A stretch of DNA of 62,762 nt, the filler included, from Nemertoderma westbladi (lineage: Eukaryota > Animalia > Xenacoelomorpha): the NCBI GenBank assembly GCA_032718475.1. It is 4 parts of 4 records of this genome, joined end to end, with 100 filler letters (N's around TTAATTAATTAA, not from the genome) between each part and the next. Parts side by side here need not be neighbours in the genome. Positions count along the whole stretch, not along the records: positions 19,730 to 31,048 come from JAUCBJ010000361.1; positions 31,149 to 56,076 come from JAUCBJ010005270.1; 2 more parts are not named here. One strand, written 5' to 3'. Under the pieces are notes generated by a model. The model saw nothing but the letters and a program-made list of their open reading frames with translations. It was not told where the DNA came from and searched no databases. Every line of letters starts with the position of its first letter. Within the stretch, counting starts at the first letter, position 1. Position numbers and translations under genes: made by a program. Positions 21,669 through 34,100 of this stretch are shown here, piece after piece.

Positions 21669-22907
21669 TGTAAAAGCTTTTGCGTAATTAGCCGGTTATT
21701 ATCCCCGTAAAGTACTCTGTGGTTGGTTTACCAGGCATAAAAAGGCCGTGTCCTTGCTGTACTGGTGTTTTGGAGGACATAAAAGCCATTTCTTCTGTAT
21801 TTGTACTTTAGAGGACATAATCTGCAATTTCGTGACGTAAAAGCTCGATACTCTTGAAAACAGTGTCGCTACCATGACGACGGCTAACGGCTGATATTGC
21901 CACGTTGCCCCATAGCCCTGCCTTCTGTATCTGCCAATAGGATTTGAGTTGGTTTTGATTTTGACCTATCACAGATCTACTGAACTGAATTTCCTATCTG
22001 TATGCTCATTCTCTGTGGTGGGTGAGATCTTTGTAGAATAAGGGTAGCTGGTATTCTTATAGTTATTCTTATCAGTTTTTAGTGTTGTTGGTGATTCTAA
22101 GCCAGGAAGAACGGCTTTAGCCCTACACTAGTAGGCTTAATTATAAGGACATATATCCGTTATCTGATGTCTGATCACTGCATTTATCACAACATAACAT
22201 ACCATACCTAATCAAACAACCTGTGCATACTTTATATTGTTATACTGCTATTTACTGTCAGTTCTTCATAATATGGTTGATGAATTATTATATTTGGAAT
22301 AACGATAAATAACCCAGAAACCCAAAATTCTTGATATACCGAAGGTAAGAGAGAAGGGTTACATATAACAATTGTGACTTATGTTAAAGTGGTTTGAAGT
22401 GAATCTAATGTTATTTGATAGACCCTACATGATTCGGTCCGTGTTCCTTTTATATGTGACTAAAATCAGTGAAGATCGGCAGATTAGTGTGCAGTATTGT
22501 GCAGCATTGTGTATGAGTGAGACTGATAACGAAGCATTTCCTAAAGAATGCGCCATATATGTGAATTGTAACTAAGCCATATCGTTGTGAGTAGTTTAAG
22601 TCATAACTCTGTTTATATAGATAGAGCGCCACGTCCTAAAGGAACTGTTAATATTTCCCGAAGGTGAATAATATTGTCAGAGATTATATAATACTGTCAG
22701 TCGAATAATACATTAGGCTTACATAGCAATAAGATTAAGCCGTCGAACCCAATCTCCCGGGTATATCCAGCGGGTGAATGATCGCGCACAGATTGGTTTC
22801 GACTAGTGTAGTGAATTAAATACTTGTCATAGGCTAAAAGTGATTTATTATCTAGAAGACATCATAATTTGGCGGGTTAAACTGCCAAAGGTCTAAAAGC
22901 GCGAACA
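21669..22907 (+). mobile_element. 3' LTR (~1.24 kb), copy 1
   Basis: Starts TGTAAAAGC right after the PPT and ends GGTCTAAAAGCGCGAACA. Homologous to 39846-41088 and 47372-48489. Confidence 0.9.
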
Positions 22908-22983
22908 AATGTTTCACCTCATCTACTATTTGGAGAATAGCAAACAATCAGAACCACCATAGGAAACTTATTGGCCAGTCTCC

Positions 22984-24250
22984 CAAATGTATCCTGCAAA
23001 TTATTTGCGGATGACTTAAAGTTGCACGCGAGATCAAACGATAGTGATTTTCTACACGGCGCGCTGCGTATACTGGAAAGCTGGTCAGCCGGTTGGCAAC
23101 TAAACATAGCGGCTCATAAGTGCACTGTTCTTCGTTTTGGTGTCAGTAAAGCTAATGTAGTTCCAGAACAATATTATTTCTAAACGGTAGGTTAATACAA
23201 ACTGATGATTATTGTAGAGATTTAGGGGTTACTTTTTCTGTGAACTTAAAATTTGATTTGCATTGTAAATTGCAAGCTGCAAAAGCTTTCAAAATTGCAA
23301 ACTTAATTTTCAGGTGCTTTCAGACTAGTGACTTGAGTGCATTATTAAGGGCTTACAAATCCTATGTGAGACCGCTTGTAGAATATTTTACACCGGTGTG
23401 GTCCCCTTTCCATCTGAGTTCTATAGATTTAATAGAAAGAGTGCAACGTTACTTTACACGTAGACTATTTGCTCGATGTGGACTGAGTAGCCGAAGTTAT
23501 CTGGAACGTTTGCAATACTTAACTTTACAACCGTTAGGAGTACGTAGGACTGTTTACGATTTAAAGATGACTTATTGCATAATTAACAATGTTGTTGATT
23601 TAGACTATGATATATTCTTCAAAAGTGCTAGTAGGCCAGGGTCAAGAGGACATAATTACAAACTGTCTCAACAACGTTCCAGGCTCCAGATTAGTAAGTT
23701 CTCCTTTGGTAATCGAATAGTTAATATATGGAAAAATTTACCGGTTGATGTCGTCGAACTCGACGAACAAAGATATATTATATTCGAAGGTAAAAAATGT
23801 TAATCTACTGAGGTATTGTAAATTTAATACAGCTTTGTAAATATAATATACTGTATCACTAGTAGTAGACCCTATTGTATGTAATTTTACCTGTAAATAA
23901 ATATATTAATGCATTGAATTTTACTTGAGTTGTTATTTTATTCGTGTGTTTTTAATTAGGAAATATTCACCTTTCCCGCAAATATTCCCGCAAATGCGGG
24001 TAATAACCAGTTATTTCCCGCTTATAAGGGGGTTGAATGGGGAATAACATATTTATTACACGGTTATTTTGTTATTTTCCCGGTTATTTTGCCCGCGGAG
24101 AAGGATTAACCCAATGGCCGCAGGCCCGAGGGTATCCTTCTCCAAGGGCAAAATAACCGGGAAAATAACAAAATAACCGTGTAATAATTATTGTTAGTGT
24201 TATACATAACCTTGGTGCTTTTCTCCCTCTGTAACTATTATACAAGGTGT

Positions 24251-24283
<33 letters not shown>
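22984..24283 (+). mobile_element. 5'-truncated CR1-clade LINE (RT end + 3' region) with a probable (TAA)n tail
   Basis: LFADDLKL, WQLNIAAHKC, RDLGV, AYKSYVRPLVEY...VWSP, IERVQRYFTRRL and RGHNYKL. (TAA)n at ~24252-24283. It interrupts an older RTE-like relic. Confidence 0.8.
24053..24187. repeat. Palindromic MITE-like element
   Basis: Perfect 42-bp inverted arms 24053-24094 / 24146-24187, plus an inner GGAGAAGGAT/ATCCTTCTCC pair. Confidence 0.85.
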
Positions 24284-24286
<3 letters not shown>

Positions 24287-24545
24287 TGAGAAGCGGCAAT
24301 GGATGACGTGGTTAGAGATTTCTAGTCTCTAGAGAGTTCTGTGCAGTTAGGTTCATCAATAGACCAATTCCACCATTGCCACTATCATCTGCTGATGCGA
24401 GGGCAAGTCGCCAACCGCCCCCCATGTCCTTAATCAGAACCTCATCAGTCTGCCTAGTCAGAAATCAGTTCTCCAGTCTGTATTCACTCACTTGGTGCTT
24501 TACAGTGTGGGACCGAGTTTTAGGGTATTAACTGAGGCTAGGGTA
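24284..24545 (-). mobile_element. Relic of the RTE-like LINE endonuclease region (other piece at ~22918-22983)
   Basis: 24284-24545 matches 58507-58800, and 22930-22983 matches 58447-58503 (KFPxVVLIVCYSP). Confidence 0.8.
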
Positions 24546-24953
24546 GTGACTGGTCTCATGTTTACCAATGGTTGGGTGGATCGGAATGGAATATGAGTCT
24601 ATATAAGGGAACAAAGTGTGTCTCTATTTAATAAATAAGTTGAAATTAATGAATAAGTAAATGTTAATAATTTATGTTTCATATAGCAAATATGCATAGA
24701 GGAATATTGTACTTTAGCACACATAATATTATATGTTGTTATTGAAAAATTAACAATCATTCAAAATCAGTACAAAATAATAACTTAAACTACTCAGGTA
24801 GACTTAGGTGTTGTAATAATAATAACAGTGTCTAGGTCTACTGTGTAAAAAATCCACACCCATAAGAGCAGTTTAATTGTGAGCATGCAGTGTACAAATA
24901 ACGGCGGGGGTTAAAGACTTCGGGAATAAGTTACAAAACACTTTAAATTCAAT

Positions 24954-27900
24954 TTACTGTAACACCAGTTGCCTAGACTGTTATTTTACTGTAGTACCAG
25001 TTGCCTAGGCTGTTATTTTACTGTAGTACCAGTTGCCTAGGCTGTTATTTTACTGTAGTACCAATTGCCTAGGCTGTTATTTTACCGTAGTACCAGTTGC
25101 CTTGGCAGTTATTTTACTGTAGTACCAGTTGCCTAGGCTGTTATTTTACTGTAGTACCAGTTGCCTAGGTTGTTGTTTTACTGTAGTACCAGTTGCCTAG
25201 GCTGTTATTTTACTGTAGTACCAGTTGCCTAGGTTGTTGTTTTACTGTAGTACCAGTTGCCTAGGCTGTTATTTTACTGTAGTACCAGTTGCCTAGGTTG
25301 TTATTTTACTGTAGTACCAGTTGCCTAGGCTGTTATTTTACTTTAGTACCAGTTGCCTAGACTGTTATTTTACTGTAGTACCAGTTGCCTAGGCTGTTAT
25401 TTTACTGTAGTACCAGTTGCCTAGGTTGTTATTTTACTGTAGTACCAGTTGCCTAGGCTGTTATTTTACTTTAGTACCAGTTGCCTAGGCTGTTATTTTA
25501 CTGTAGTACCAGTTGCCTAGGCTGTTATTTTACTGTAGTACCAGTTGCCTAGACTGTTATTTTACTGCAGTACCAGTTGCCTAGGTTGTTATTTTACTGT
25601 AGTACCAGTTGTTGCCTAGACTGTTATTTTACTGTAGTACCAGTTGCCTAGACTGTTATTTTACTGTAGTACCAGTTGCCTAGGCTGTTATTTTACTGTA
25701 GCACCAGTTGCCTAGGCTGTTATTTTACTGTAGTACCAGTTGCCTAGACTGTTATTTTACTGTAGTACCAGTTGCCTAGGCTGTTAATTTACTGTAGTAC
25801 CAGTTGCCTAGGTTGTTATTTTACTGTAGTACCAGTTGCCTAGGCTGTTATTATACTGTAGTACCAGTTGCCTAGGCTGCTAATTTACTGTAGTACTAGT
25901 TGCCTAGGTTGTTATTTTACTGTAGTACCAGTTGCCTAGACTGTTATTTTACTGTAGTACCAGTTGCCTAGGCTGTAATTTTACTGTAGTACCAGTTGCC
26001 TAGGCTGTTAATTTACTGTAGTACTAGTTGCCTAGGTTGTTATTTTACTGTAGTACCAGTTGCCTTGGTAGTTATTTTACTGTAGTACCAGTTACCTAGG
26101 CTGTTATTTTACTGCAGTACCAGTTGCCTAGGCTGTTATTTTACTGTAGTACCAGTTGCCTAGGCTGTTATTTTACTGTAGTACCAGTTGCCTAGGTTGT
26201 TATTTTACTGTAGTACCAGTTGCCTAGGCTGTTATTTTACTGTAGTACCAGTTGCCTAGGCTGCTAATTTACTGTAGTACTAGTTGCCTAGGTTGTTATT
26301 TTACTGTAGTACCAGTTGCCTAGGCTGTTATTATACTGTAGTACCAGTTGCCTAGGCTGTTATTTTACTGTAGTACCAGTTGCCTAGGCTGTTATTTTAC
26401 TGTAGTACCAGTTGCCTAGGTTGTTATTTTACTGTAGTACCAGTTGCCTAGGCTGTTATTTTACTGTAGTACCAGTTGCTTAGGCTGTTATTTTACTGTA
26501 GTACCAGTTGCCTAGGCTGTTATTTTACTGTAGCACCAGTTGCCTAGGCTGTTATTTTACTGTAGTACCAGTTGCCTCTTCTGTTATTTACTGTAGTACC
26601 AGTTGCCTAGGCTGTTATTTTACTGTAGTACCAGTTGCCTCTTCTGTTATTTACTGTAGTACCAGTTGCCTCTTCTGTTATTTTACTGTAGTACCAGTTG
26701 CCTAGGCTGTTAATTTACTGTAGTACTAGTTGCCTAGGTTGTTATTTTACTGTAGTACCAGTTGCCTAGACTGTTATTTTACTGTAGTACCAGTTGCCTA
26801 GGCTGTTATTTTACTGTAGTACCAGTTGCCTCTTCTGTTATTTACTGTAGTACCAGTTGCCTCTTCTGTTATTTTACTGTAGTACCAGTTGCCTAGGCTG
26901 TTAATTTACTGTAGTACTAGTTGCCTAGGTTGTTATTTTACTGTAGTACCAGTTGCCTAGACTGTTATTTTACTGTAGTACCAGTTGCCTAGGCTGTTAT
27001 TTTACTGTAGTACCAGTTGCCTCTTCTGTTATTTACTGTCGTACCAGTTGCCTAGGCTGTTATTTTACTGTAGTACCAGTTGCCTCTTCTGTTATTTACT
27101 GTAGTACCAGTTGCCTAGACTGTTATTTTACTGTTGTACCAGTTGCCTAGGCTGTTATTTTACTGTAGTACCAGTTGCCTCTTCTGTTATTTACTGTAGT
27201 ACTAGTTGCCTAGACTGTTATTTTACTGTAGTACCAGTTGCCTAGACTGTTATTTCACTGTAGTACCAGTTGCCTAGGCTGTTATTTTACTGTAGTACCA
27301 GTTGCCTAGGTTGTTATTTTACTGTAGTACCAGTTGTTGCCTAGACTGTTATTTTACTGTAGTACCAGTTGACTAGGCTGTTATTTTACTGTAGTACCAG
27401 TTGCCTAGGCTGTTATTTTACTGTAGTACCAGTTGCCTAGGTTGTTGTTTTACCGTAGTACCAGTTGCCTAGGCTGTTAATTGACTGTAGTACCAGTTGC
27501 CTAGACTGTTATTTTACTGTAGTACCAGTTGCCTAGGTTGTTGTTTTACTGTAGTACCAGCTGCCTAGGCTGTTATTTTACTGTAGTACCAGTTGCATAG
27601 GCTGTTATTTTACTGTAGTACCAGTTGCCTAGGCTGTTAATTTACTGTAGTACCAGTTGCCTAGGCTGATATTTTACTGTAGTACCAGTTGCCTAGGCTG
27701 TTATTTTACTGTAGTACCAGTTGCCTAGGCTGTTATTTTACTGTAGTACCAGTTGCCTAGGCTGTTATTTTACTGTAGTACCAGTTGCCTAGGCTATTAT
27801 TTTACTGTAGTACCAGTTGCATAGGCTGTTATTTTACTGTAGTACCAGTTGCATAGGCTGTTATTTTACTGTAGTACCAGTTGCCTAGGCTGTTAATTTA

Positions 27901-28549
27901 CTGTAGTACCAGTTGCCTAGGGTGATATTTTACTGTAGTACCAGTTGCCTAGGCTGTTATTTTACTGTAGTACCAGTTGCCTAGGCTGTTATTTTACTGT
28001 AGTACCAGTTGCCTAGGCTGTTATTTTACTGTAGTACCAGTTGCCTAGGCTATTATTTTACTGTAGTACCAGTTGCATAGGCTGTTATTTTACTGTAGTA
28101 CCAGTTGCCTAGACTGTTGTTTTACTGTTGTACCAGTTGCCTAGGCTGTTATTTTACTGTAGTAACAGTTGCTTAGACTGATATTTTACTGTAGTACCAG
28201 TTGCCTAGGCTGTAAATCTACTGTAGTACCAGTTACCTAGGCTGTTATTTTACTGTAGTACCAGTTGCCTAGGCTGTTATTTTACTGTAGTACCAGTTGC
28301 CTAGGCTGTTATTTTACTGTAGTACCAGTTGCCTAGGCTGTTATTTTACTGTAGTACCAGTTGTTGCCTAGACTGTTATTTTACTGTAGTACCAGTTGCC
28401 TAGGCTGTTATTTTACTGTAGTACCAGTTGCCTAGGCTGTTATTTTACTGTAGTACCAGTTGCCTAGGCTATTATTTTACTGTAGTACCAGTTACCTATG
28501 CTGTTATTTTTCTGTAGCACCAGTTGCCTAGGCTGTAATTTTACTGTAG
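24954..28549. repeat. 32-bp tandem satellite, ~110 copies
   Basis: Unit TTACTGTAGTACCAGTTGCCTAGGCTGTTATT, with few variants. Confidence 0.98.
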
Positions 28550-29501
28550 TCTGTAGTACATGTTGTCTAGGTTTTTGTGTGCCGAATCACCGGATATACT
28601 ATGGTAGTATATTTCTTAGGTAGTATCAGCTGTCTGATGCAAGAGTGGTTTCTAATTAGGCCTAATATACGTTATTTATTTATTAAAATTAAAGAATTAT
28701 TTTAAATATAATTTAAGCTGAAGTTTAAAGCATTTTAATTAAAATACTGTGGAATAAACTACAGACTGCACTAACTGTATTGTAAAGTACGACTAAACTA
28801 GTATTAGAATATTCGAACCAGCAATATTTTATTTCTAAATTATTGTTAAGTAAGTATATTAACTTGCAATTAATTACCTATTTTTTTAAAGCTATTCGTA
28901 AAATTAAGTAATTGTAACAAAATATATAATTACAACCATAATTAATTTCATTACTATAAGAATTAAATATTTAATTAAATAAAACTAAAATGTCCAACTG
29001 CCAGACCTTCCCTCCAACCTTCCCCTCCTTCACTAACTTGTCATAAACATGAAGTTCTTGACTTTCATCTCTAAATTTATCACTACAGAACCAACCCTTC
29101 ATTTAGTTTCCCTGCCAACCTTATCTTCCCATGTTTTTTCCACTCTCTACTTTTCTTACTTCTCTACAATGCACCTAAAACGATATGGGGGTTATCCCTC
29201 TTTTTCTAAATCCGATCCACAAATAATCTCCGCGCCCTGAATATAAAGTCCAGCCAATAAAGTCCAGGTTTTATCCCCAGACAAGTAATATTATCTCGAG
29301 GGCCACCTTACTAACTTTGGGTTGGACTTAAACAAATAAGGGGAGATTCCCATATCCGTTTAGTTGCTCCTTTCTTTACGTTCCAATTTATCATTACCAA
29401 CTTCTTAAGTTCACAAGTTAATCTATCTGCATTTGTGTATCAAAATAAAGAAGAAATAATAAAAAAAATGCAAACTTAGTCAGTTAGAAACGAACTATAA
29501 T

Positions 29502-30293
29502 CTACAAATCGGCCTCCTCGACTGTATCCTTCATCCTATTGGTCGCAGCGGTCCACTGCTGAAACTCCGCCGGTCGGTACTCGTAGCTCATTCGTCGAGA
29601 TGACTTCCGACCCAAAGTAGCCGACTTCCTACCCGGGGACAATAACCCAGGACGACCAGGGGATGACGGCCCAGGTCCCACAGATACCGGACGGAGAGTG
29701 GACCACTTGGGGGCGTCAAGGTGACCCGGTCGTGGAGAGAACATTGAGCTGGCACGGCCCCCATCGGTAGGTCGATGTGATGGTCTCTCGCGTCGATCTC
29801 GTGTTTGACTGACATCATTTCTAGAATGATTGACTAGCGAGGCGGATGGACTGTTTCCGTAGCATATAGCGAGCGGCCCAGCGGTGCCACCAGTGGTAGA
29901 CGGGGGTAACGCACGACTGGCTCTTGGCGTCACCGCCGGTGTTTTGTAGGTTATCTTGTATGTTGTAGCCGTGGTTGTAGGGAAGTTGTACTCGCGTCTG
30001 TCGGTGTTGGGTTGGGCTCGACTCGGACGTGGTAGAGACGCGTAGATTCTGTGAGTGGACGCCCGATTGCCAGCCACCTCTCGGCTCCAGTGAGTCGAGC
30101 CAGGGTGTCTGGGTAGACTGGAGTAGCCAGATATTCGTCTGGGGTTGCTGCTCTGTGAAGACCCGGTGCTTGGACCACCTCGGGGCGTATGTTGTTGCCA
30201 TGGTCTTACAGTGCTGGGCCCACTGCGTGGCGTCTGTGGTTGCCAGGGTACCAAGGCTTTGGAAGGACAAGCTTCCTCATTCCTTAAAATCAC
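29502..30293 (-). CDS. Possible terminal exon of an unidentified host gene (S/P/R/T-rich, disordered, 263 codons)
   Basis: GC-richer open frame in AT-rich surroundings. It begins immediately after a splice-acceptor-like TTTACCCTTTTCCAG (30308-30294) and ends at TAG 29502. No recognisable domain. Confidence 0.4.
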   Translation of the reverse strand: MILRNEEACPSKALVPWQPQTPRSGPSTVRPWQQHTPRGGPSTGSSQSSNPRRISGYSSLPRHPGSTHWSREVAGNRASTHRIYASLPRPSRAQPNTDRREYNFPTTTATTYKITYKTPAVTPRASRALPPSTTGGTAGPLAICYGNSPSASLVNHSRNDVSQTRDRRERPSHRPTDGGRASSMFSPRPGHLDAPKWSTLRPVSVGPGPSSPGRPGLLSPGRKSATLGRKSSRRMSYEYRPAEFQQWTAATNRMKDTVEEADL

Positions 30294-31048
30294 CTGGAAA
30301 AGGGTAAATTCTAGATTATTAAGGGGGGGGGTATACCCCCCCTAAGGTAAAATTTTCAAATTATTGTTTCTTTATTTTACCTAGAGCAGAATTTAATGAG
30401 GATTACAAATCTGAAAACCGCTTAGTGAGACCTCTTTCAGTTCTCGAGTTATCACTGTTTTTCCGTATGACGGTCTGTCCGTCAAATTGTAAGAAAGACA
30501 GAAGACCGACAGACTGACAAATAGACTAGATTCCACCAAAAATTAAAACTGACATCGGAAATGAAATCAGCGACCCCGAAAACCCAAGTAACGAACATTT
30601 TAGCTTGTTGGTGTTCATCCTTCGTGCCAGAAATAATTAACCAACCAGAACACAGACAGCCAATTTTGGCGGGACGGTTTAAACTTTGAAGGGCATTTTC
30701 TCGGAATGACATTTTTCATTTTCAAATTACTACCGTCATTTTTCAACCAATTTTCTTCGTTTATGGCTCATTCGAACGAGCTTAGGAAGCTCTTTAAAAG
30801 TTATCTTATGGAATTTTGATAAATATTAAAATTTTTTATAATTAGCCAATTTTAATTAAAAATATGATAATTAATTAATTAAATTAATTAATTAAAATAA
30901 AATTGGCTAATTAAAAATTCTATAAGGTAACTTTTGTAGAGTCGATCACGCTGAGTCCAAAAAAGTTGGTTTCAAGAAATTTGGACCAAAATTGAGGGAC
31001 TAGTAGCAATTTTAGTGAAATCTTTAATTCTGCCGCCAGCCGCTAGGG

Positions 31049-31148
31049 NNNNNNNNNNNNNNNNNNNNNNNNNNNNNNNNNNNNNNNNNNNNTTAATTAA
31101 TTAANNNNNNNNNNNNNNNNNNNNNNNNNNNNNNNNNNNNNNNNNNNN
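31049..31148. other. Scaffold gap with TTAATTAATTAA linker
   Basis: N-run with linker. Confidence 0.98.
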
Positions 31149-34100
31149 CAACACAGGTTAAAGTAAGTAACATCAAACCCAAATGTGTATTGTGCGACGG
31201 GCCACATCGCTTGAGTGGGTGTGATGAATTCTTGAAGAAATCCCTGAAGGATAGACGTGATGTCATGTGGGATAAGCGGTTGTGTTATAATTGCCTCAGA
31301 CGAGGACATCAACGACGGACCTGTTACTCAGACGCGAAGTGTGCTAAGTGCGGCGCGAAACATCATATCTTGCTGCACACCGAATTTGACAGAACCCGCA
31401 CGAGTCAGGTAAGTGAGCCCGAACTACATGTCCAATTCAGTGATGTGAACGACACTGACCACAGTTCGGAGATGGAAGGATTCTACACGGACGAATTCTC
31501 CAACGAAAATGAATCCTGTTATATGATCAACACCGCTGTGTATTGAGCACTTACGTACGAGACTGAAACAGACTGTGAAGATCCCCGACTGACTATTCCG
31601 GATTGACAGCCATCTTGGAAAGCGCCAACTTCATCTGTCGGGATCCGAGAATTCCCTGTAGTGCAACTGAGGGTCCATGGGATAGGGAAGAGCTTGATAG
31701 TAAACGCCCTCCTTGACTCCGGCAGTACAGGCACCTTTATCGACAAAGAACTAGCCGAAGACATCTTTGCTGGACAACCCAAGTTCCGAACCAAGTTGAA
31801 CCTTTCCGGAATTATGCAGGTTTGGAAATCCACAGTAGCCACAGATTACTACGTGGGTGCGTTGTCCACTCCCCAGGATGAACTAGGAGAGACATAGTGT
31901 AAGGTCGGTCAAAATGGTGGCGATAAAGAACTTTGCTACTAGCCAAGTGGAGCCTTACAACTGGGATGAAGACCATTTTACCCAGCAACATAATATACCT
32001 AGATTCAACACAGATTATCCAGGGGTGCAGATCTTACTCGGCCAAAATGCGCACGAAGCTCTTGAGACATTAGAAAAACGGCCTGCTCGACCGCAACCAC
32101 TGCAGACGTATGCGGGAAGAACGAGAGTAGGTTGGTACTTCACTGGACCTTCCCGTAGGACCTTAATGGAAAGACTCCCTAATGAAAGAATACATCAGGT
32201 GAGTGAATGGGAAGAAGAAATCAGTGAGGAAGAAACCCCAACTGAGGAAACTCCATACTCCTCAGACAACGACGACATCAACCACTTATATGATGAGGAA
32301 AATACCATCGATCTCCTCACTGAGAACCAAACTTGGTTAAACCAAGTCAACCTATGCCATCTTATCAATCAACATGGCGGACAATTTACCTATAACGATG
32401 AATTAAACGAAGTGATAGATCGATACAATAACAAAATCCGCGATGAACACGCCGTACGATTCTTTACTCAAGAAGCCGTAGAGCCTAATTCCTACGACAA
32501 AGCCTTGTCTGTCGAGGAAGAGAGAGCCAAGCAGATTCAGGAAACGACTACACGTTATCTGAAGGACGAAGGTCGCTATGAGATTGGTCTTCCGTTTCAA
32601 CGGCGAGAACCCAGCTTCGTAAATAACCGACCTTTAGCAGAAAAGAGAATCGCACAACTACATCGGCGTCTGACGGCTAACGTTCAAGCCAGGGAAATGT
32701 ATAAAACCCAACTGAAGAAATTTATGATAGGGATACGCGGAGCGAGTTCCGGAAGAAACACCCATAACGGAGAGAACGTATTATCTAACACATCATTACG
32801 TTCCCAAGCCCGGTAAACCCAACGAAGTCCGGGTAGTGTTTGACGGCTCCGCCCTTTACATGGGTCAATCCCTGAATTCAGAACTGTTGCCGGGACCCAA
32901 CTTACTCCAATCTTTGTTGGGAATATTATTAAGACTGCGGCAATATTCTATCGCATTCGCTTCGGACATAGAAGGCATGTTCTTACAAGTCAAGGCGCTG
33001 GATAGGGATCGAGACAGCCTACGATTTCTGTGGTGGCCTGAAGGAGACCTCAACCGAAAACCGGTGGAGTACTGGATGACCATCCAGGCTTTCGGGATCA
33101 TCTCGAGCCCCTCGAATGCTTGTTCGGTAGTGCGTACCACTGCCGATGACAACCGAGACGCCTTCTCTAAAGCGGTTATCGACAACATCAAACGGGATAT
33201 ATACATGGACGACAATTTAAAGTCCCTCCCATCGGTGGAAGAAGCCATTGATGTTGCCAAGGGAACGGTAGAGTGCTTGCAACGCGGTGGATTTCGGCTA
33301 ACCAAATTCACTAGTAACTCCCGTGAGTTTCTGGAATCGATCCCGGTAGAAGACCGAGGTGTTAAAGATCTGGACCTCATCAAGGACGATCTTCCGGAAA
33401 CCAAGACGCTTGGATTAAAATGGGACACGGAGAGAGATATCTTGTTTTTTCAGTTAAAACAGCGAGATAATCCAGTTAGAACTAAACGGATTTGTCTAAG
33501 TATCCTGAGCACTTATTTCGATCCATTGGGATTTATTAGCCCAGTTATATTAGTTGCTCGGAGCTTAGTGCAACAAATGTGGCTCGAAAACCACTCGTGG
33601 GATGATCCACTTAAGGGAGAACTACTAAAGAAGTGGATGAAATGGGAAGATTCTCTACCATCCATCGAGAACTTTAAGATTTCCCGTTCATATTTTGGTC
33701 ACGTTCTCCCCACGTATTCCTATCAACTCCATGTGTTTGGAGACGCCAGCGATATGGGAATAGGTATAGTAGCCTACCTGAGGGTTGAAACTCCGGATGG
33801 AATTAAAGTTGCCTTGGTCGCCTCTAAGGCCCTAATAAACAACAAACTACGAGTTCCTAGAGCGGAGTTAAAGGCGGCTCTATACGCTACAGCCATCGGC
33901 CGGAATGTAACAGAACAGATCGACTATCCACTAGAGAAAACTGTCTATTGGACTGATGCTTTACTCGTTCTGGAGTATATAACAAATGAAGTCTGTCAGT
34001 TCAGCGTCTTCGTTACCAACAGAGTAGCCATTATACTCAGTCGCTCTAATGTAGATCAATGGAGACATTGCCCTGGGACGATTAATCCAGCTGACATCGC

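Noticed and set aside
24954-28549. CRISPR-like array (32-bp repeat) and the ORFs at 26508 and 26953
   Set aside because: No unique spacers, eukaryotic context; the ORFs are satellite translations.
28985-29340. Pyrimidine-rich stretch, possibly a decayed minus-strand LINE end
   Set aside because: Too many stops and no diagnostic motif.
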